Part shown: positions 1-13,092 of the stretch, in pieces
Numbering within the stretch: position 1 is the stretch's first letter
Layout of the letters: each line of letters opens with the position of its first letter
Assembly (NCBI RefSeq): GCF_006345805.1
Contig: NC_043006.1
Location: 62,062,001 to 62,126,000 of the forward strand
Reading direction: 5' to 3'
DNA from: Octopus sinensis
Taxonomy: Eukaryota
Length of the DNA: 64,000 nucleotides
Translations under genes and position numbers: made by a program
Notes under the pieces: model-generated
Databases searched by the model: none
The model's input: the letters and a program-made list of their open reading frames with translations, nothing else
Told to the model about the DNA's origin: nothing

Positions 1-514
1 TCTATCTATCTATATATGTGTGTGTCTGTGTGTGTATGCGCGTGTGTGGTGACATGATTGAAGCTGCACCTGGTTACATCATGCAAAATTATGCTTTGTC
101 ACGGTGACATAAGAACTATATATTACAGATATTTGCGTAGAAACTTAAGACTTAATTCCCATGATCAGATGTTTAAATAATAAGTCGTTACATAACGTTA
201 AGATTGATAATATTCATCATCATGTTTTCAACAGTTTATGCGTTTCTGCAGCGCAAATTCCGTGTTGCCGAAGTTCACGTAGTATATGGAATTGGGTACG
301 TATTTTTCATCAGATATGCTTCATAAAGTGATTAGTGTTGTTTCTTACTCTCTTATTTCCTGTTGATCCTTATCCTTTGTCCCGTTGGTGCTGCTATAGT
401 GTTAATGATCCTTTCTACTATAGGCACAAGCCTTGAAATTTACTGGGGTGGTAACAGATAACAACGAGCCTACTTCTCAACAGTTATTTATTTTATCGGC
501 CGCCTAAGGATAAA

Positions 515-742
515 ATCGATAAGATGACCTCGCTGGATATGAACTGTAGACGAGAAAGTGGATGAAATGCTACGAAGAAGCTTGACTGGTGCGATAACAA
601 TTCTGCAGCTTGCAGAATGACGATGGTGATGATAATGTGCAGAAAGAGACACTGTAAGGCAGTAGGCTGCTGTTCGCTCTCACTCAACCTTCCGGAACAA
701 ACAAGACTGAGCGCTTTGAGAAATAAAACAAAACAATAATGA
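515..742 (+). pseudogene. Possible highly decayed 3' end of an R4/Dong-like LINE
   Basis: Fragmentary translation (KIDK.., KWMK..LQ..) followed by a short UTR-like stretch that runs into an (ATT)n tract, as in the better-preserved copy at 6955-7985. Weak. Confidence 0.3.
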
Positions 743-751
743 TTATTATTA

Positions 752-799
<48 letters not shown>

Positions 800-1042
800 G
801 ATGATGATGATGATGGTGGTGGTAGTGGTGGTGGTGGTGATGATGATGACGATGATGATGCTGATGACGATGATGATGATGATGATTATGATGACGATGA
901 TGATGGTGATGATTATGATGATGATGATAATAGGGAGGAGGGGAGAACGGAAGAAGAAGAAGAAGAAGAAGAAGAAGAAGAAGAAGAAGAAGAAGAAGAA
1001 GAAGAAGAAGAAGAAGAAGAAGAAGAAGAAGAAGAAGAAGAA
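743..1042. repeat. Compound microsatellite (ATT)n-(ATG/GTG)n-(GAA)n
   Basis: Directly visible; explains the poly-M/V/K ORF 798-1115. Confidence 0.95.
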
Positions 1043-1539
1043 AATCGTTCGACCTGATTTGCTAACGGCTGGACGTGTTATTCGCTGCTGTGACCAATCA
1101 GCAGCTGTAAACTAAAGCAAACAAGCTGTACTACTGAAAAATGCCTTTACAACTTACAGTTTTCTTTGTCCGCACACGCACATAATCATAATATTTTATA
1201 TAACTTTTAAAACTTGAATTGCAACAATTTTCTGTGAATATTGAAAATTACGTTTTACTCTGATAATTCGAATATGTAAATATCACTTTTATAGCAAGAA
1301 CACTCTTAAACGCCAGCTGCTATGCAACTTAAGCAACTTCAAGTTATGTGACTCTCTGTGAGTACATAATCCCTTAATTTCTTTTAGCCTCCATAACAGG
1401 CAAACTCAAAGCAATTCGCAGAACTGATAACAAATGCAGATGGTAAGAAATAGTCTTATCTCAAACTGCACAGAAACTATAACTGTAAGGCAAAGCAAAT
1501 TGTTTTTTTACTATTATAAAAAATGAAATGAATCAACGG

Positions 1540-1609
<70 letters not shown>

Positions 1610-1610
1610 T

Positions 1611-2543
1611 TTTATATATGAGGATAATATCGATATTTAAGTGTCGAAATTATCAAGTGGCCAGCATGAAAGAAATACCTTACAAAGGTAAAAAAAATTT
1701 TAACAATTAAAAATGAGGGTGTCTAAAAGACACCAACATGCCGAAATAGCAGTCGAAACTCTGACTATAAAACCACGTTAAGTGTTCATATCGCACCATG
1801 AGGTAAAGCGGAGGGACAAAACATACAAGCAAAAATTATTGAATAATTCAAAATCCAAGGATTTCTGGTTATGCTTTAGATAAGCTTTACCGTCATCAAT
1901 TGAATATATCAAGGGTACATAAATACAGATATATATATGCACAGCAAACGATATACTTACATATACGAGCGTCGTACATACATACATATGCACGTATGGA
2001 CACAGCCAGTTTGAATCGCCCGCCAAATCACCGCATAAGTACGACATGGTTAAAATAAGCACCGCAGTGAATATAATAACGAATTATATAAATTTATATA
2101 TGAGAATAATATCGATATCGTTATTATATTCACATTAATATCGATATCGTTATTATATTCACATTATATAATATCGTTATTATATTCACTGCGGTGCTTA
2201 CTTTAACCATGTCGTACTTATGCGGTGATTTGGCGGGCGATTCAAACTGGCTGTGTCCATACATGCATATGTATGTATGTACGACGCTCGTATATGTAAG
2301 TATATCGTTTGCTGTGCATATATATATCTGTATTTATGTACCCTTGATATATTCAATTGATGACGGTAAAACTTATCTAAAGCAGAACCAGAAATCCTTG
2401 GATCTTGAATTATTCGATAATTTTTGCTTGTATGTTTTGTCCCTCCGCTTTACCTCATGGTGCGATATGAACACTTAACGTGGTTTTATAGTCAGAGTTT
2501 CGACTGCTATTTCGGCATGTTGGTGTCTTTTAGACACTCTCAT

Positions 2544-2551
<8 letters not shown>
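1611..2551. mobile_element. Two head-to-head partial copies of a putative MITE (inverted arms ~1705-2082 and ~2174-2551)
   Basis: ORFs 1778-2062(-) and 2194-2478(+) are near identical, with a few substitutions between arms. The motif TTTATATATGAG(G/A)ATAATATCGATAT reads inward from both inferred element ends (1611 and ~2093). Flanked by (TA)n. Confidence 0.6.
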
Positions 2552-2599
<48 letters not shown>

Positions 2600-2603
<4 letters not shown>

Positions 2604-2817
2604 GGTAAAGACCCCCCTTCGGTCATGAATGACCATGGGATTGCACCTAGAAAGTTACCCTCCTAGACACAAGTCCGGGCAAGGTTGTTTATGGAAGACC
2701 AGCAGTCGCCCATGCATACCAGCCTCCCCTCTCCACGCCACCAGTGTTATCCAAGGGAAAGACAAAGGTCGATACAGCTTGGCACCAGTGACGTCGCAAC
2801 TCATTTCTACAGGTGAG

Positions 2818-2818
<1 letters not shown>
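2600..2818 (-). mobile_element. 5'-truncated tRNA-derived SINE, family A (3' half only)
   Basis: Highly similar to 24451-24665; lacks the tRNA-like head. Confidence 0.85.
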
Positions 2819-2849
<31 letters not shown>

Positions 2850-3064
2850 ATATATGTATGTATCGGTAATTGAAACAGAATAATGTCAGTCGGTTCTCTT
2901 CAAGATCTCTCATACATAATACATACATAAATGCATACATACATAAATAATATCACGCATACATGCATACTACATACATACATTCATACATGCATGCATG
3001 CATACATACATGCATACATGCATACATACAAAGATATATTCATATATGCATGCATACACACATT

Positions 3065-3750
3065 GAGGACTATGTGTTTGCAGGAACAAAATTGTCGCAA
3101 ATATCTGGTGAACAAGTGAAACAGTAAAGCTCTTGCAATCATAAGGTGCAACCGGATGTGTAGATTATGTAATATTTCTGTGAAAGACATCACGCATGTG
3201 ATTACCAGCTGTCCTAAGATATCATCACGCTACTACCTCCCAGAGCGGCACGATGTCGCTAAATCTATATACGATGCAATCCGCAACAAAAACTGTCCTG
3301 AAATGAACTCAGTAAATCCTTCTGTTATGGAATATATATATAAACCCCAACTCAAGGAATACTGTAGGATTTTCCCATCAAAATGTCTGTCAAATGTAAA
3401 CATAACAGGCCGGATATTGTTGTTTGGTACAGTTGGGCAAATGTATGTACTATCATAGAGGTCAGATACCATGCAGATATAAATATCTCCTTGAAAATCA
3501 AAGAAAAAGAGGATATTTATAGACAACTACTTTGAAACCTCCAGCTTTTATGTCCAGACAATGAATTCATATTAATATCAATAATAATTGGAACACTAGG
3601 TTTTCTTAGTAAATGCTTAAAGGAGAATCTGGATAGAGTAGGATTTTCAGAAAGAAATCGATCGGCTAATTCGTACATTACAAGTGCAATCTGTGAGTGG
3701 AATAGTAAAAACATGCAAGACTTTTCGCAAGTTCTAAATGTGAAATTGTC
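3065..3750 (+). pseudogene. Non-LTR retrotransposon C-terminal fragment, RLE class (R4/Dong-like): zinc knuckle plus restriction-like endonuclease
   Basis: CRLCNISVKDITHVITSC...RHD, then after frameshifts KHNRPDIVVW, IIEV, IIIGTLG; stops and frameshifts present. Confidence 0.8.
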
Positions 3751-4689
3751 TATGTTAACTACATCCCAAAGATGGAGTCCTGTATATCTTTGTAGGAAAC
3801 CGGCTCCCTCCTCAGTGGAAGATTTATAATAATTTAAAAATAGAAGAGATATACATATATAATTACATACATAAATACAAAAATACATACATACATGCAT
3901 GCATACATACCTTCACAAATACATGCAATTAGGCATAGGACTACTTCTCAGACAGGCTCAAACCAGACCCTGTAATGTGAGGAACCGCCATTGATGAGGT
4001 TGTGATTAGTGACGAAAAGAGTCGATCAGAGATAATTACCACCGATAGATTATCGAATCAATACATTAAACAAATAATTGTACAGTTTTCTGGTAAGTTA
4101 ATGACTTGTAGAACCACTTCGCGTGTTTATTTTAATTTCTATTGACATGATGACCCCCCATATATATCGTTTAATAAACACAATATATTTTTTAAGATCA
4201 ACTAATATACTAATAGTTTCAGGCTAACTTGAGGATTGCGTGAAGACACCATATCTTAAATAAAAATCCGCTCCATAGATACCAATGTGTGCATCACAAC
4301 CAGACAATTCTTTGCTTTAAAAGTTTAAATTCCTTGGTGAGAATAATTCATTTAACATAATGGAAGCTATTATTGAACACTATCTTTGAAAATTAGTATT
4401 GCTTGGTGCAGACATCAAAGAGAATTTAAGTGTCCTTGGACAGATATTTTCTTCTAAAAATCGTTTGAACTATTTGTGTACTTGTTTGATGAACTTTGCA
4501 AAGAAGGAAATTTTGGCCCTGAAGACAAAAAAAGTAAAGATGTGGAAAAATGTAATTTCTCATTCTTCTGAGCCAGTGGGCAAGGAAACGTTTTCGTTGA
4601 GAACATTTGTTTGAATGTCGCTTTTACTTTCGGAACAAATGTTATGTGACAAACCTATTGACACTGGATTGAAAAAATCGTAACGGAAA

Positions 4690-5300
4690 TATTTCCTGGA
4701 ATTCCAATGCAACCAACCATTTTTCCCCACACATAATTTGAAACATACAATCCACACCACACACTGTTCATTCATAACACCAGCAAAAATCAATTTGCTT
4801 TGTCGACCAAATTTTTCGGATGTGCTTATATTTATGACAGTTTGAACTTACCCGTACCACAAGAAATAGTAGCAAAAATAACAATTTTCTATTCACCACA
4901 AACAAATATAATTCCTAGATTTCAATAAGTTCATATTACTAATCCCCAATTTGGCGCATATGATTGTAGCCTTTTTGCCCTCGCATATGCATTTGAACTG
5001 TCGCTCCAATCATCCACATCATATAATTCGGTTAAATCCGAATCGCAACTGTTGAGAATAAAACGGGTTTGTACTGACATAGGGGATTACTGGAAACATG
5101 CAAATGATTTGTATACCATTATGCCAGATGCAGTTACAGTGAATCACGATTAAAGGGAATAGCAAACGGGATAGGATTAGCAAAGAAAGTGAAACCATCA
5201 CGCATAATTTTAGCAAGTACAATGCAATATGTGACAGGACTCCTTTAGTGATTATCTGGCACCAAAAGTTTGCTTGTACTTCAAAAGTGTTGCATGAAAA
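4690..5300 (+). pseudogene. Decayed Ulp1/SENP (peptidase C48)-like domain followed by a PHD-finger-like remnant, probably transposon cargo
   Basis: One frame with in-frame stops gives IHNTSKNQFALS..AYIYDSLN..PQFGAYDCSLFALAYAFEL (cf. NHW..YDSL..Q.G..DCGLFA). Downstream are DLYTIMPD and VQCNM*QDSF. Confidence 0.5.
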
Positions 5301-5679
5301 TTACCAGCATGTTGCGGGAAAGTATCCTCATTTCAAACAGATATTTCCTCAGCTGCCTATACTGCTTTTATATGGAATAACAATATAAGAAATCCTGACT
5401 CCAAGAAAACTAACATTGGAGTATATGTATGCTGTACCTTGAAAAACCGCCGCAAGAGAAGTAAGCCCTATTTATTGCGCAACAACATGAGTCAAGTCAA
5501 TTCCAGAAAATATGTGTGCGGATTATTAACATCATGTCCTGGAGGAATGAATAAAATGACAGGAGAATATCATCAAATTTACACAAAATTGCTTGATTCA
5601 ATATTATTTTTCCTTTCCTTTTTTCTTTCCTACTTGTTCTCGATTTTTTTCAGTCTTTTTTTCTTCGCAAGTTAAAACA

Positions 5680-6440
5680 TTGAAACTTAAAGACTGATTA
5701 TGCTATTCCATCAGTATATGTAAGCTGGTTGTTCTTGTTCATACACTAGATTTGAATTTGTATAATTTTGGATTTTTATCACATTCTATTCTGAACACGA
5801 CAAAGACTGACTTGCTGTCGAAATATCGTTCAACCAATAATATATGTATTGCGATCGCATCGCGCTCTTTATTTTGTCAATTCTCAAGTCACTATATTTA
5901 TCAAACTTTTCTCTTTCATTCATGATATGTTGTTCTCCAGGCACTGCCACGTCGATTGCTAGGCACTCTTGTTTGTTCCATCTAAGGCCCTTCGATGCCA
6001 TGTCTGTCTGGAAGTCAAAGTGTCGGAGGATATTTGCCTTTCCCTTTTCGTTCATTACCTTTTCCGGTGTATGTTGGGACCAAGCACCCGTAACTTCACA
6101 GCCATACTTACAGCATAGTAGCCAGTGGATATTTTGGGTTACCTTGTTGATCGCATTCCCACACTTTCTGTAGAGGTCCGTTGCACTTGTGTAGTATATA
6201 TTCTTTCTCACTGAGTTGATATCCAATAAGTGGTCCTGGGTAGCAATGATTAGGCTTTCAGTATTCTTTTTTTAGGTCACCCTTGTTAAACCAGCCCTAT
6301 GATGCTTCCTTGTCTTTTAATTTGTTGGTTTCACGGTGGAACTGACCAAGCAATTCCATGTGGAGTAGGGTCTCTTCTCTTTCATTGGCTGTTCTTGATC
6401 GCAATCCATGATCACTCTCAAGTCCATTTTTGCTAAATCC
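5680..6440 (-). pseudogene. R4/Dong-like RLE LINE fragment (copy A)
   Basis: Minus-strand translation NTESLIIATQDHLLDINSV..IHWLLCCKYG..ILRHFDFQTD..ECLAIDVAVPG..EKFDKYSDL; the 5'-truncated end abuts (TAA)n. Confidence 0.8.
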
Positions 6441-6445
6441 TTCTG

Positions 6446-6503
<58 letters not shown>

Positions 6504-6505
<2 letters not shown>

Positions 6506-6960
6506 GTTTTTTCCTTCTTTCTTAAAATTTTCTTCCGTTTCTCGCCGGGTGTTTTCCATACACCTAGGACAGAGAAGCTCAATGTATGCATTCTCAGATT
6601 ACACACGCAAATTCACAGATAAATATGTATTTAAAAATTACTAAATAAATAAATTCATGGATGGCTGTTGTTTTCACAGCGATAGTGCTATTCTCAGTAC
6701 ATGTTTATTATTATTATTATATTATTATTATTATTTATTATTATTATTATTATTATGTTTTTTCCTTCTTTCTTAAAATTTTCTTCCGTTTCTCGCCGGG
6801 TGTTTTCCATACACCTAGGACAGAGAAGCTCAATGTATGCATTCTCAGATTACACACGCAAATTCACAGATAAATATGTATTTAAAAATTACTAAATAAA
6901 TAAATTCATGGATGGCTGTTGTTTTCACAGCGATAGTGCTATTCTCAGTACATGTTTATT
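6504..6960. repeat. Exact tandem duplication, ~251-bp period, each unit bounded by (ATT)n
   Basis: The unique part starting ATGTTTTTTCCTTC at 6504 and 6755 appears identical. Confidence 0.9.
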
Positions 6961-6979
6961 ATTATTATTATTATTATTA

Positions 6980-7014
<35 letters not shown>

Positions 7015-7985
7015 TATTATTATATTCTCGTTATCACAGGTTTTCTTGAGCTGCTGGAGACTTACATACGTAGAGGGCTTACTGCCTGCAGCCTACAGTA
7101 CCATGCTATTCGTTCACTTCAACTATCTAGTACTTACCTGATTATTCTGGCCATGCAAAGGAGGCGAACCTTTTGTAACAATTCTACTGGACACTTTATT
7201 CCCATTTCCTTTATATTTCTCTTGATGCCTTCTGATACTGTTCCCAAGGATCCAACAATAATTGGTACTATATTCGCCTCCTTAATTTTCCATTTTCCAT
7301 TTTCGTATTTCAACAGCTTGCATTTATCTATCTTTTCGCTAGCCTCTTCGTGTGTCAAAGGCGCATGAAACATCAACTGCATAGCATCAATAGTCCACTG
7401 CCACTTGGTCAGATCCGTTATGCTCTTTCACGTGATCTGTTTACATTGAGCAATCTCAGAGGATTTTACTAGTCTCTGGCTTCACTACATTCTGAGTTTA
7501 GTATTCATACCACGGCTTGCCTCTCTCTATACCTCGCTTTTTGCACAGTTTCCAGTGAAGCACTGTCACTGCCTGATCGTATCGCTAAGTCTAGGGCAAG
7601 TCTAAGGTATTCGTTCGTGATATGGGCACTGCTTTCATTCACTCTATTTTGACCCTCCAGATTGTCTCAACAGCTTGTTCTTGTGCTGCCACTAGAGTGT
7701 TCTCGGTCTCTTTATTTAGTGTTACATTCATCAGCGAATCCACCAATATTTTCCAGCAACTTCTGTTGTGGCTAATTGGAATTGACTGTGTAGCCCCTTC
7801 TTTCGTAAATTTTTTTCATGCCCTTTTTTACTTCTTCCTTTGTTTTTTCTTTTATCTCTGTTTTTAGTACTCCCTCGTTCCTAACTGTCACTAGCAAGGT
7901 TTCTTTACCTTGGACTAAGTATCTCATTAAGCTCTCAAGTTCTATACACATGCAGTCGTAACACTTATCACTCATCTTCGTCCAT
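6955..7985 (-). pseudogene. R4/Dong-like RLE LINE 3' fragment (copy B) with 3' UTR and (TAA)n tail
   Basis: KGLHSQF, KETENTLVAAQEQAV, RYDQAVTVLHWKLCKK, KIL*D, VPIIVGSLGTV, LLQKVRLL.MARIIR*VLDS; a short UTR then (TAA)n. Confidence 0.85.
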
Positions 7986-7989
7986 TTTC

Positions 7990-10160
7990 TCTTTTCAAGT
8001 AAAGGTGATCATCGAGGAAAAGTCGACAATCCTCGATGCCTATCAGTTCTAAAAGGAGGACTGGTACGGATGACCATAGAACTCCTCATACAAACGATAC
8101 AGTGTGTATATCATCCTGGATCATATCCTTCTTGCTGGAAGCAGCATAATTCCAGTCAGGGTAGATGGAAGGAAAGCAAAGGGTCATATTTGTTCAACTA
8201 ACCATTTAAAAGCCGTAGTCCTAGTCTGAAGGAAATAGAGACACGGGCACTTCTCCCTACACCACCAACGGCCAACAGAACTCGAGTGACAACAGCAACA
8301 CCACCATTACCATCAGCAGATTCAGCTATGGCACAACTAACATCAACAGCCGTACCGACACCGAGCTTTCCCAAACATTTCTCAGCACCCGAAGAGGTTC
8401 CTTTTCTCGATGCGGAACGGGTGGACATCATAGGTGGAGAGTGAGACACCTCTCAGAGCCGTTCAACATCATGCGCTCGGCCCGGCATTGTTATCGCCCT
8501 TGGTATCTCTTCTACGTAATGACTTTCGAACCACTACTCCACAAACTTGAGGCGTTGAGAAGCATCCCGCGTGACCTAGGATATGAGAGATACATGTCAG
8601 CATATGCCGACCACGTCACCGTAGTGCTGTCGGATCATAAACACATAGAAAACATCGGCACTTCTCTCAGAGACTACGTGGCGGTCTCAGGAGAGACAAT
8701 TAACCAGAGCAAATAAGTGAGTTTGCGGCTCAATGCCTCAAGAGGCAAGTCCATGCCGTCCAACTGCATGCTTGGCACTGGATGGGGGTTAAATTGCTTG
8801 GGGTCTGTTTTGGTCTGGACATCGAGATGGACAAAAAGTAAGACGAAGTAACGAGCAGGCTGACTACGTTCACCCAGAAATGGGCCAAGAGAGAGCTATC
8901 ACTCGAATATGGAGCCTGTCATGTACTATCGCTTGACCGTCGTGCCTCGTTCTGGCCACAGCCTGAGTACGCTGGAGCGTATACACTTCCGCTTCTTATG
9001 GAAGGGACGCGACTTGATTGTCAGGGGGGCTATCTGCTGACAGTACTCTCTCCGTGGTGGCCTGGGCATTCCGTGATTGATGATGCGCAGACATGCGCTG
9101 AGGCTACGACATCTCCAGTGCTTCCTTGACGGTGAACAAGTGTGGCACCCGTTTGAAAGACACCTATTTTCGCAGCTAGTTTCTTTAACGGAGCTGCTGT
9201 CCTGAGTAAAATAGAGACTGATGGGAAGCATTTGAGAAGTGGACTGTCTTCAAGTGCTCAGAGCCCTCAGCCAATCGGACAGTGTGATAGGTGGAACGTC
9301 CACTTTAACATTTTATAGAGGCTTAGTGGAGGAAAAGTGCAACGACGTTCCTGGGGAAACCTCGAGCGTCGAAGAATATCAGCTAGTCACTCTTTTCCAG
9401 AGAACTTTCGGGTTGAGATCGATGGATAATTTCCAAAAATCTTTGGTCTGCTGTGTTACCAGGGAGCTTTGCCTGTTCGAGATAAACTTTACAGGTACGG
9501 AAGTGCAATCTGCCTATCATGTTTGAGATGGGCGCAGGACGACGGAACGTCCCTGCATGCACTCGTTCAGTGCCCAAGCATTGCTGTCTTGTGGGTTTAT
9601 TTCGAAAACCTAGTGTCACGTGATGGACAGATCCGAGTATCAACTAAATCCATCTGAATATCGCCCCGCTGCCTCCCTTTAATCTGGAAGAATAGGCCGT
9701 TTTTATATGCCTGGTGGCCATACCAAAATGGGTTGTCAGGTGAGACGAGATTGAAGGGGCAGAAACAAAGCACTTATCTCTTTGGCCAATCCCTGGTGAA
9801 GTTTCACTTGGAAAGGAAAATAAGATTGGAGAGGAAGTTTTCTTCTAGCCAGTTTGCTGAAAGGTGGTTGAAAGTAACGAGAATGGTGCGAGTGAACAGG
9901 CCAATTCTGAGTATACACATGTAGTTGGAAAAACAAAAAGGCACCTGCAACAAAAGCCAGGGTACGCATGGATTTTTTGGGGGTTTTTCCATGAGCAGCC
10001 CTCGAACGTCTCCTCATTTCTCTTTCTCTCTTCCCTTTTTTCTTTAAATTTCGTGTACACACAAAACCCTCCTAACACACATACACGCATTCTTTGTTTG
10101 TTCTGTGCTGTCAATATGGTATATTTTCTTAATATAAAACATTGTGGTTAATAAAGAAGT
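7990..10160 (+). pseudogene. Tx1/L1-clade LINE, internally deleted: ORF1 remnant, RT core and C-terminus, 3' UTR, AATAAA
   Basis: ORF1-like ILDHILLAGSSIIPVRVDGRKAKGHICSTNHLK; RT YVMTFEPLLHKL..SAYADHVTVVLS..INQSK, GGLGIP, C-terminal CLSC..HALVQCP; AATAAA near 10150 then (ATC/ATT)n. Confidence 0.8.
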
Positions 10161-10164
10161 TATC

Positions 10165-10188
10165 ATCATCATTGTTATTATGATTATG

Positions 10189-10253
<65 letters not shown>

Positions 10254-10255
10254 TA

Positions 10256-10311
<56 letters not shown>

Positions 10312-10345
10312 CATCATCATCATTATTATTATTATTATTATTTTT
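10165..10345. repeat. (ATT)n/(CAT)n microsatellite
   Basis: Directly visible. Confidence 0.95.
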
Positions 10346-10443
10346 TTTTAATTATAATTATTCTTATTCTTATCGTTATTATTATCATTGTTGTTATTGT
10401 TGCTGTTTATATGTGCGTGGTGTGTGTGTGTGTGTGTGTGTGT

Positions 10444-10665
10444 GTAGGTATGTACACACACATACCTACATATCTCTGTATCAACGTGTTTCAATGGATC
10501 TTGGTAATTTTTCTTCAATGAATATTTTCGTTCTCTTTACGACAAAAGATTAAATCTGTCTGCGCATACAAAGAGATTGCTATCGTTCATTATGGCTTCC
10601 ATATTTATCCGAGGTCAAATATTCTGCCCATGCATAGATATGTGAATATATGCATGTGTGTGTAC

Positions 10666-10697
<32 letters not shown>

Positions 10698-10698
10698 G

Positions 10699-10729
<31 letters not shown>

Positions 10730-10730
10730 A

Positions 10731-10764
<34 letters not shown>

Positions 10765-10792
10765 CCTATCTATCTATTTATCTATCTATCTA

Positions 10793-10849
<57 letters not shown>

Positions 10850-11171
10850 TTATATGTGTCTGTGTTTGTTTCTGTGTGTGTTTGTATTTATATATATATA
10901 TATATTATATATATATATGTATATGCGTGTGTGTGTGTGTGGTGTGTGTGTAGGTATGTACACACACATACCTACATATCTCTGTATCAACGTGTTTCAA
11001 TGGATCTTGTTAATTTTTCTTCAATGAATATTTTCGTTCTCTTTACGACAAAAGATTAAATCTGTCTGCGCATACAAAGAGATTGCTATCGTTCATTATG
11101 GCTTCCATATTTATCCGAGGTCAAATATTCTGCCCATGCATAGATATGTGAATATATGCATGTGTGTGTAC

Positions 11172-11238
<67 letters not shown>

Positions 11239-11266
11239 CCTATCTATCTATTTATCTATCTATCTA

Positions 11267-11297
<31 letters not shown>

Positions 11298-11354
11298 ATA
11301 TATATATATTTATATGTGTCTGTGTTTGTTTCTGTGTGTGTTTGTATTTATATA

Positions 11355-11433
<79 letters not shown>

Positions 11434-11460
11434 GCGTGTGTGTGTGTGTGTGTGTGTGTA
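10444..11460. repeat. Tandem duplication, ~506-bp period, bounded by (GT)n and containing (TATC)n
   Basis: GTAGGTATGTACAC at 10444 and 10950; unique parts near identical, microsatellite lengths differ. Confidence 0.9.
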
Positions 11461-11564
11461 TAAATTAGAGAAGGGCCTCCATGTAGAAATTCAAAAATGA
11501 TATACTTAAATCATACCATATAGAAAACATTTACCTAGAACTAAATAAAGTATGAAATAATTAC

Positions 11565-11622
<58 letters not shown>

Positions 11623-12506
11623 TTTATATACATATATATATGTATATTTATATAGATATCCATATACATGCATACATACACACACACATGATATCGATAA
11701 ACATCAGTGCTGGGAAAGGATATTTGCATAGTTGCTTTCGGAAGCCAAGGAATTATATTGAAATTTAAGTCTTACAAACTGTAGCAATGGTGATATAATT
11801 GTACGATTAAAAATATACAGGATGGTACTAAAGCATTATCCTATCATCAGTTCCGTATCTGAAATACTATACGTGTTGCTGAGCGTGCTAAACGAAAACC
11901 ATTACTCATGGAAATGGTGTAATTCGATCAATATAGTTCAGTATACGATAGTATCCAATATTTTTTTTATTGAAAAATATTCCACATTTTTACCGAATAC
12001 CCTGATATTTCATGATAATAATCACAAATTCGATCTGGGCATGAAAGAAATTTCAAATATTATCTCCTGATATGTTTATGAGGCACAAAATATTTCGTTT
12101 CCATACATATATTTGCATGTGTATGTTTACCATTATACGAGAAGTGGATACCTATGTCGTGAAAAAAATATAAATAGAAGATATATAAATGCATCTATAA
12201 AATATAGGATAATTTTTTGTATAAAACCATATATATAGACGTACAGTTTAACATAACACAGTAATATTTAGTGCACATAAACGCAGTGCGTCGCAGATAC
12301 AAAGGCACAAACATGCATTTTTAGCAAATTCTGTACACAGTCAACTGACCAATGCAAATCAATACAATCATATATCTTATATTAATCGAACTCAACGTTC
12401 TTAATCGGACTAGCTAAGGAAGGTCGTTTTTAACACTGAACAACTCTAGTGAGAATAAAACCTTGTACAGTAACGAAGCAAAACATCGGCCTGGACAAAG
12501 AAATAC

Positions 12507-12537
<31 letters not shown>

Positions 12538-12900
12538 ATATACACATACATACATATAGTGTATGAGAGAGAGAGGGGGGTAAGAGAGAGAGAATCAGAT
12601 AAATCATGGCGAAGAAAAGAACAATTGGATAAGTGCAATCCGTCGAAAAAGCTACAGAAGGTGTCTCCATGTTAGCTGTTGAATGTCAGGGTGATGGATG
12701 TTGAGATATTGATGTGTTTTTAGGATATTTAAGCTAAAGCAAGGAAGAGGATGTGTGTGTGTGTGTGTGTGTGTGTGGAGATAAAAGTTTCTCCTAAAAA
12801 TGTATACAAACTGTGAATGATTGTAAAGTCTAGGATTATGAAAACATTTCATGTTCAAAACTTAAAAGTATCTACAGACAATTTAATTCTTTATGAACAC

Positions 12901-13045
12901 AGGCGCAGGAGTGGTTGTGTGGTAAGTAGCTTGCTTACCAACCATGCGGTTCTGGGTTCAGATCCACTGCGTGTCTTCTATAGCCTCGGGTCCGCCAAAG
13001 CCTCGGGAGTGCATTTGGTAGACGGAAACTGAAAGAAGCCCGTCG

Positions 13046-13092
<47 letters not shown>

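Noticed and set aside
5019-5222. Minus-strand IHCNC suggesting an inverted PHD segment
   Set aside because: PHD-like remnants are already present on the plus strand in the expected order, so no inversion is needed.
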